Below, one piece after another: positions 59,361 to 64,000 of a stretch of 64,000 nucleotides of DNA. Made by a program: the position numbers and the translations under genes. The DNA is taken from the NCBI GenBank assembly GCA_028820405.1, contig JAPPJI010000021.1, positions 2,770 to 66,769 of the forward strand. The letters are read 5' to 3'. This DNA is from Candidatus Kaiserbacteria bacterium. Lineage in GTDB: Bacteria > Patescibacteriota > Minisyncoccia > Phycocordibacterales > JABAAK01. Under the pieces are notes generated by a model. It did no database searches. It worked only from the letters and a program-made list of their open reading frames with translations, and was not told the DNA's origin. Each line of letters begins with the position of its first letter. Position 1 is the first letter of the stretch.

Positions 59361-59522
59361 TTACTTCTTCACCACCCCACCTCGTAGTGCACGGAAGAGA
59401 ACGGAAAAGAGTACGACGATACCGATACCGAACGCCAGCCACATCTTCCATACGGTAAATACGGAAACAAACGGAAACAGAACGAGAACAACACCAATGA
59501 CGGTGAGGAAACGATCAGACAT
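59361..59522 (-). CDS. Small two-TM protein (53 aa)
   Basis: MSDRFLTVIGVVLVLFPF..WKMWLAFGIGIVV; TATACT 8 nt upstream; abuts the ATPase start. Confidence 0.65.
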   Translation of the reverse strand: MSDRFLTVIGVVLVLFPFVSVFTVWKMWLAFGIGIVVLFSVLFRALRGGVVKK

Positions 59523-59554
59523 ACAGGTATAGTATACCCTGCATCCGCTGCAAC

Positions 59555-59643
59555 GAGAAAAAGGGGCTGAGACAGCCCCTTTTCCCGACCATCGTTGTAC
59601 GAGTGCAAAAAATATGCACAGAATATTCGCACAAACAAATGGC
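59555..59643 (-). ncRNA. Candidate small RNA (~90 nt)
   Basis: Promoter upstream, long imperfect hairpin, terminator; no complete ORF inside. Confidence 0.45.
59559..59583. terminator. Intrinsic terminator
   Basis: aaaaggggctg-aga-cagcccctttt. Confidence 0.75.
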
Positions 59644-59649
59644 ACCCCA

Positions 59650-59678
59650 AGTATACTATTCCCCGACAGGGAGTTCAA
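59650..59678 (-). promoter_or_regulatory. Sigma-70 promoter
   Basis: TTGAAC-17 nt-TATACT. Confidence 0.65.
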
Positions 59679-59692
59679 CAAGATATGCACAT

Positions 59693-60391
59693 CTACCCTG
59701 AGCGACGCGAGAGTTGCGAGACGATAACCACCACCTCGCCACGGACCTCATCGGGGTGATTCTGGTAGTGGGCAAAGACCTCTTTTGCGGTGCCGGCAAT
59801 GCTCTGCTCATACACCTTTGTCATCTCCCGAACAACAATCACCTCCCGATCCTCCGGTATGTGTACTGTGAGAGACTCCAGTGCCCGCACCAGGCGGTGC
59901 GGTGCTTCATAGAAAACAACGGTACGATCTTCGTTTGCAATTGATTGAAACGCTTTCTCCCTCCCCTTCTTCCTCGGAAGGAAGCCGAGAAACACAAAAG
60001 AAGATGCCGGTGCACCGGATACGGAGAGTGCCGCGGTGACTGCTGACGGACCCGGTATTGAGACAATAGCGGCATCAGGGATAGTATCCCGAACATACCG
60101 AACAAGCTTCACGCCGGGATCGGCAATCGTCGGTGTTCCTGCATCAGAGATGAGTGCAATGTCACGACCACCTTGCATGAGTCGCACTGCTTTTGCCGTC
60201 TTGCCAAACCCGCTATACGAATGGTATGCCGTGCACGGCGTGTGAATGTCGTAGTGTGCAAGCAGTTTTTTTGAGACACGAGTATCCTCGCAAAATATAG
60301 TATCAACCGATCGAAGCACATCTCTTGCTCGATCTGACACATCCCCCAAATTTCCAATCGGGAGACCGATGACATACAGTATTCCGGTCAT
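59693..60391 (-). CDS. rsmI: 16S rRNA (cytidine1402-2'-O)-methyltransferase
   Basis: PIGNLGD, CEDTR, SDAGTPTIADPG, IPGPSA, FYEAPHRL, REMTK. Confidence 0.96.
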   Translation of the reverse strand: MTGILYVIGLPIGNLGDVSDRARDVLRSVDTIFCEDTRVSKKLLAHYDIHTPCTAYHSYSGFGKTAKAVRLMQGGRDIALISDAGTPTIADPGVKLVRYVRDTIPDAAIVSIPGPSAVTAALSVSGAPASSFVFLGFLPRKKGREKAFQSIANEDRTVVFYEAPHRLVRALESLTVHIPEDREVIVVREMTKVYEQSIAGTAKEVFAHYQNHPDEVRGEVVVIVSQLSRRSG

Positions 60392-60508
60392 TAGCGGCAG
60401 TATAGCAAAGATGCACTGATCTGTTGTCGACAAAAAGTGATATTAAAAAAGAAAGAAATCTCTTATTATTATAAACATCAACACAGCAAAAGCGAAGAAA
60501 AAATATCT

Positions 60509-62626
60509 CTACCCGTCCCACCGACCTTCTTTTACCAATTTTTTCAACTGCCGAACACCTGCTTCTCCCGACTCAGTTATACCAGATCGCTGCAACTCAC
60601 TCGGCACCGTTTTCTGCTCCATAAGGGTTATTACATACCGATGTAAATCCATCGTCGCTTCATCACCAAAGAGATCACCCGTTTTCCTAATATCCCGATC
60701 AAATACCCGACGGAACCGCCTTGAAAGATACCGCTCCGTGTCTGCAAGACTGGAAAATGAATAGATATCATCCCCCCGATCCTTCAACGCCTCAAAGAGG
60801 TCGGATGCTTCTTTTCGCGAAGAAAATGCAATGTTTGAGACGTAGTCTACCACACCCTGCACCTCACCTGCTGCAATAACTTTGTGAGCGGTTTCTACGT
60901 GATCGATTCCTTCAAATGATGACAGATTCCGCATCACAGCCCACCCTTCTTTTTCTTGTATGAGCCGTTCAGCCAATGCGACATGATCAACACCTTCAAG
61001 TAGTGAGAGGTGTTCGGCAATCTCAGCGGTCCTGCCGACCCTCAGTGCCCTATCTATAATTGCGTCACTGTCAAGATGCGTAAACGCACTGCGATGCTCC
61101 TCAAGATACCAAAGACCGCAAAACTCAACGAACGAAAGAATAACCTCTTGAGGATCCATGCCATCGAGATCGAGCATGTATTCAACAACCGCCTTGGCTT
61201 GACCGTCTTTCATGAGCTCAGCAGCATACTGCATGCGATCAATTTGAAATCCTTTGATGTGCTTTGCAACATGATCACCCAGATCATGCTGCAAGAGACG
61301 CCATGCAATATTTTTATGGTCGGCAGCAATAAATCGCTGTATGTTTTCGGCAACACGATTGCCGTACCCTGCGGTAATCAATGTGTTAGCCGTGTCCGCA
61401 TTGAGGTCATCAAATCTCTCCATATGCTCGGCGATCACGCGCTCCCGATCATCTCGTGCTAACCCGCGTGCAACGTCATTACTTAAACCAGAGAAGTGTG
61501 TTATGTACTCAGCGAGAGATCTTCCCTGACCTTTCTCAAGAAGCATGAGAGCAACGTCCGTATGATCCACCCCCTTAAAACTCGGAAAGAATTCAGCAAC
61601 AGACTGTGCATCCATTCCGCCTTTGTCCATAAGTGCACGGACAACGGTATCGTGAGAAACAGCATCAAATTTTGAAATATGCGGAACAATACGCCACCCG
61701 GATCCTTTTTGTATGAGGATGTCCACCACTTTCTGCTGATCAACCGCAAGACGCTTCAGGTATTGAGGGATGACGGCACTATCGACCTTGTACACCAGTT
61801 TCAAAAATATGTTTTCCGGGTCAACATCAAACTGATCAGCGTACGTGACAACACTCTCACTTCCGTACGACCCCTGCTGCAAAAGATCATCTATAACTGA
61901 TTCGTGATCAACACCGTGCATTTTTGAAAGATGTTTTGCAACGGATTCACCCTGCTGATTTTGTATGAGGCTTCGAACAAGCACTCTTTGATCAATGGTG
62001 AAGTTTTGTACAAACAATGCAACAACATCTCCCTTCCCTCGTGCAATAAACTCTTGTGCGAGACGATCATGGTCAAGGTTGTTAAAGTTTGGAAGATGTT
62101 TTGCAAGTGATTCAAGTGAACCGGCAGCCAGTAATCGATCCGCAACCGCTTTGTGATCAATATTGGACATTTCCGGAAGATGTTTTGCAACCGCCTCACC
62201 TTCCCCAACGTTAATCAGTTGATAGACAACAAACCTATCAAGACCTTCAAAATCAAATGCGGCTATGTTTTCGGCAACGAGAGATCCTTCGCCGGAGTCA
62301 ATAATCTCATATGCAATCCACGAATGGTTAAGATGAAAATTAGTAAGATGTTCAATCACGACGCTTCCTTCGCCGGACTGAATAAACAGAGATGCTGTCT
62401 CAACATGGTCAATGTCCGGAAATTGGCTAAGATGCCGGGCGATAAGCGGTGCTTTCCCTTGTTCTATTGCAAAGCGAATTGCCCCGGAAATATCTTGCTC
62501 ACGTTGCAAGGATTCAAGCATCTCCTCGTCGGTTCCCTGCTCAAGCACTGATGCAAGATCGTTCTTTGGCGCCTCTTGCTCTTTTCTTTTCCCCCGCCCC
62601 AAGGTAAACATCATTCGCTTCTTCAT
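60509..62626 (-). CDS. Alpha-helical tandem-repeat protein (~20 units of 27-30 aa)
   Basis: Repeated (I/V/L)DH..hA..Lh..G.g..ha.hh..F.g. Confidence 0.8.
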   Translation of the reverse strand: MKKRMMFTLGRGKRKEQEAPKNDLASVLEQGTDEEMLESLQREQDISGAIRFAIEQGKAPLIARHLSQFPDIDHVETASLFIQSGEGSVVIEHLTNFHLNHSWIAYEIIDSGEGSLVAENIAAFDFEGLDRFVVYQLINVGEGEAVAKHLPEMSNIDHKAVADRLLAAGSLESLAKHLPNFNNLDHDRLAQEFIARGKGDVVALFVQNFTIDQRVLVRSLIQNQQGESVAKHLSKMHGVDHESVIDDLLQQGSYGSESVVTYADQFDVDPENIFLKLVYKVDSAVIPQYLKRLAVDQQKVVDILIQKGSGWRIVPHISKFDAVSHDTVVRALMDKGGMDAQSVAEFFPSFKGVDHTDVALMLLEKGQGRSLAEYITHFSGLSNDVARGLARDDRERVIAEHMERFDDLNADTANTLITAGYGNRVAENIQRFIAADHKNIAWRLLQHDLGDHVAKHIKGFQIDRMQYAAELMKDGQAKAVVEYMLDLDGMDPQEVILSFVEFCGLWYLEEHRSAFTHLDSDAIIDRALRVGRTAEIAEHLSLLEGVDHVALAERLIQEKEGWAVMRNLSSFEGIDHVETAHKVIAAGEVQGVVDYVSNIAFSSRKEASDLFEALKDRGDDIYSFSSLADTERYLSRRFRRVFDRDIRKTGDLFGDEATMDLHRYVITLMEQKTVPSELQRSGITESGEAGVRQLKKLVKEGRWDG

Positions 62627-62676
62627 GTAATCAGTATGGCACGAAAACAGCACGGACACTTGCATGCAAAAAGAAA

Positions 62677-62697
62677 ACCTGGGACAGTGTCCCAGGT
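62677..62697 (-). terminator. Intrinsic terminator
   Basis: acctgggaca-g-tgtcccaggt followed by TTTCTTTTT on the minus strand. Confidence 0.7.
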
Positions 62698-62709
62698 CTT
62701 TCTATGTAA

Positions 62710-62760
62710 TCAGAGGAGAAATACTTGTACAAATTCTTCTTCATCAAACAGGTATTGCAT
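62710..62760 (-). CDS. Candidate 16-aa peptide MQYLFDEEEFVQVFLL
   Basis: GGTGAGG before ATG; lies between two terminators; TGTGATAAT upstream. Confidence 0.35.
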   Translation of the reverse strand: MQYLFDEEEFVQVFLL

Positions 62761-62814
62761 ACGCCTCACCGTGTCGGCAAAGACCTTAATTATCACAACA
62801 ACATGCATGAAAAA

Positions 62815-62842
62815 ATGCCTGGGACAAACGTGCCCCAGGCAT
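62815..62842 (-). terminator. Intrinsic terminator of 62847-63608
   Basis: atgcctggg..cccaggcat followed by a T-run on the minus strand. Confidence 0.7.
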
Positions 62843-62846
62843 AGAA

Positions 62847-63608
62847 CTAAAATAGCGTCTCTTTTATTCGCAGTGCACCGTGGTACAAAACCTGTCCGAT
62901 GCTATGTGCCTGCTGACGAAACGACCGCATCGAAAGACTGCAGACCCGCTCCTTAACGGATGCTGCCTGTCCGCGCAATGAAATATCACGCCAGTTATCA
63001 GGCTGTCTGATGTCGGTCACTGCCTCTCTGAGATCACCGAACATTTCCCGGGACTCACCGGCAATGGTACGACTTCCCTCTCGAACCCCTTGACGGACAA
63101 ACCGCCAGGCACAACTGGCATTGTGTTGTGTCCATTTCTTTGTTCGTTGCCACACCACCTTCAGCATTGCTACCGTTACCGGATCTTCTGCACCAAGCAC
63201 ATAGAGTAACGCCAGCATGGCAACAACAAAAATGGGGAAACAAAGAAATGTCGCGATGAATTCCGTGGCACGGATGCCAAGACCAATCATCAAAAACAGT
63301 TCGTACACGCCGAAAGCAGCCAGTATTGCGGCACCAAGCGGCACGGCAAAAAGTGCCGAAAGGTATATCCCAAAGGCAATCCCGATCAGCCACCACTCTG
63401 TTTTGGGTCGTAGTGGTGACAACCACCACACAAGACCTATGAGACCTGGTACCAGGAGACTTATTCCGAGCGGAAAGGCTCCGACTCCTTGTTCAAACAG
63501 AGTAGAGACAGAGACTGCATGTACTGCAAAGAGCAGAGCAAGTAATGTTCCGAAAAACGTCACAACCGCGACCAATCCTTGGGCCGTTTCTTGTCCAAGA
63601 GCCCTCAT
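62847..63608 (-). CDS. Hypothetical multi-TM protein
   Basis: SD AAAGGAGG 5 nt before ATG; several TM segments. Confidence 0.7.
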   Translation of the reverse strand: MRALGQETAQGLVAVVTFFGTLLALLFAVHAVSVSTLFEQGVGAFPLGISLLVPGLIGLVWWLSPLRPKTEWWLIGIAFGIYLSALFAVPLGAAILAAFGVYELFLMIGLGIRATEFIATFLCFPIFVVAMLALLYVLGAEDPVTVAMLKVVWQRTKKWTQHNASCAWRFVRQGVREGSRTIAGESREMFGDLREAVTDIRQPDNWRDISLRGQAASVKERVCSLSMRSFRQQAHSIGQVLYHGALRIKETLF

Positions 63609-63655
63609 GTGACCCTCCTTTCTAGTGCGAGACAGAGATGTATGACACCAAATAG

Positions 63656-63684
63656 ACTATACAATATATAGATATTTTTGTAAA
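63656..63684 (-). promoter_or_regulatory. Sigma-70 promoter (copy 1 of duplicated promoter)
   Basis: TTTACA-17 nt-TATAGT. Confidence 0.6.
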
Positions 63685-63782
63685 TATCGTGCTTTTTCGT
63701 CCTTTTGGACTCATCAGATACGGCACACACCGCATGAAAGCTGGTTTTTGAGGAAAAACCTGTCTAAAACCTGGGGAGAAAT

Positions 63783-63929
63783 CTACGAAACCGACCAGAA
63801 AAACGCTGCCGATTCCGCCAAAAAGAGGGCTTCGTTGAGGGCTTCTACAGCACTCGACAGGAGTGCGGTAACGCTGAATCCAACCGCACAACCAACCAGA
63901 AACACTCCAACAACTTTCAAATAGCTCAT
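63783..63929 (-). CDS. Small hydrophobic protein (48 aa), below the ORF-track cutoff
   Basis: AAAGGAG 6 nt before ATG; MSYLKVVGVFLVGCAVGFSVTALLSSAVEALNEALFLAESAAFFWSVS. Confidence 0.6.
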   Translation of the reverse strand: MSYLKVVGVFLVGCAVGFSVTALLSSAVEALNEALFLAESAAFFWSVS

Positions 63930-63968
63930 CGTCTGCTCCTTTGTAAGGTGAATTGATTCCTACCCCAG

Positions 63969-63996
63969 ATTATACAATATATGAGTTTTTTGTCAA
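63969..63996 (-). promoter_or_regulatory. Consensus sigma-70 promoter (copy 2)
   Basis: TTGACA-16 nt-TATAAT. Confidence 0.7.
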
Positions 63997-64000
63997 ATAC

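Noticed and set aside
63622-63891. 89-aa ORF from the track
   Set aside because: Overlaps the better-supported SD-led 48-aa ORF and a promoter
1-64000. CRISPR array, rRNA, IS element, intron or intein, or recoded UGA
   Set aside because: No periodic repeats or transposases seen; core genes are uninterrupted; TGA ends conserved genes such as aspS, dnaX and gatB

Overview
Core-genome segment of a small-genome bacterium, most consistent with Patescibacteria/CPR (Parcubacteria-like; inferred from alpha2-type GlyRS, archaeal-type non-discriminating AspRS with GatB, no rimM between khpA and trmD, a stand-alone VirD4-like ATPase, N-terminally short RF1 and GPGSPGNET-type peptidoglycan-binding domains). 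Standard genetic code. Most genes are on the minus strand: the alpha ribosomal cluster, rpsP-khpA-trmD, dnaG-rpoD, rpoBC, rpsB-tsf, a pentose-phosphate/gap cluster, gatB, obg, secA and three tRNAs. Accessory elements are an AT-rich defence island (KAP NTPase divergent from an EcoRI-family methyltransferase plus a DUF262-HNH nuclease), two Panacea antitoxins with unrelated toxins (one flanked by a degenerate direct repeat) and several orphan genes. Other notable signals are a 69-aa protamine-like protein, a 6TM channel with a KVGDG filter, a heavily substituted RpoB rifampicin pocket, pervasive near-leaderless promoters, tRNAs abutting start codons, a candidate ~90-nt sRNA and two unannotated small ORFs. 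All calls come from motif reading by eye; no database searches were run, and several starts were moved from the ORF track to more plausible downstream codons.
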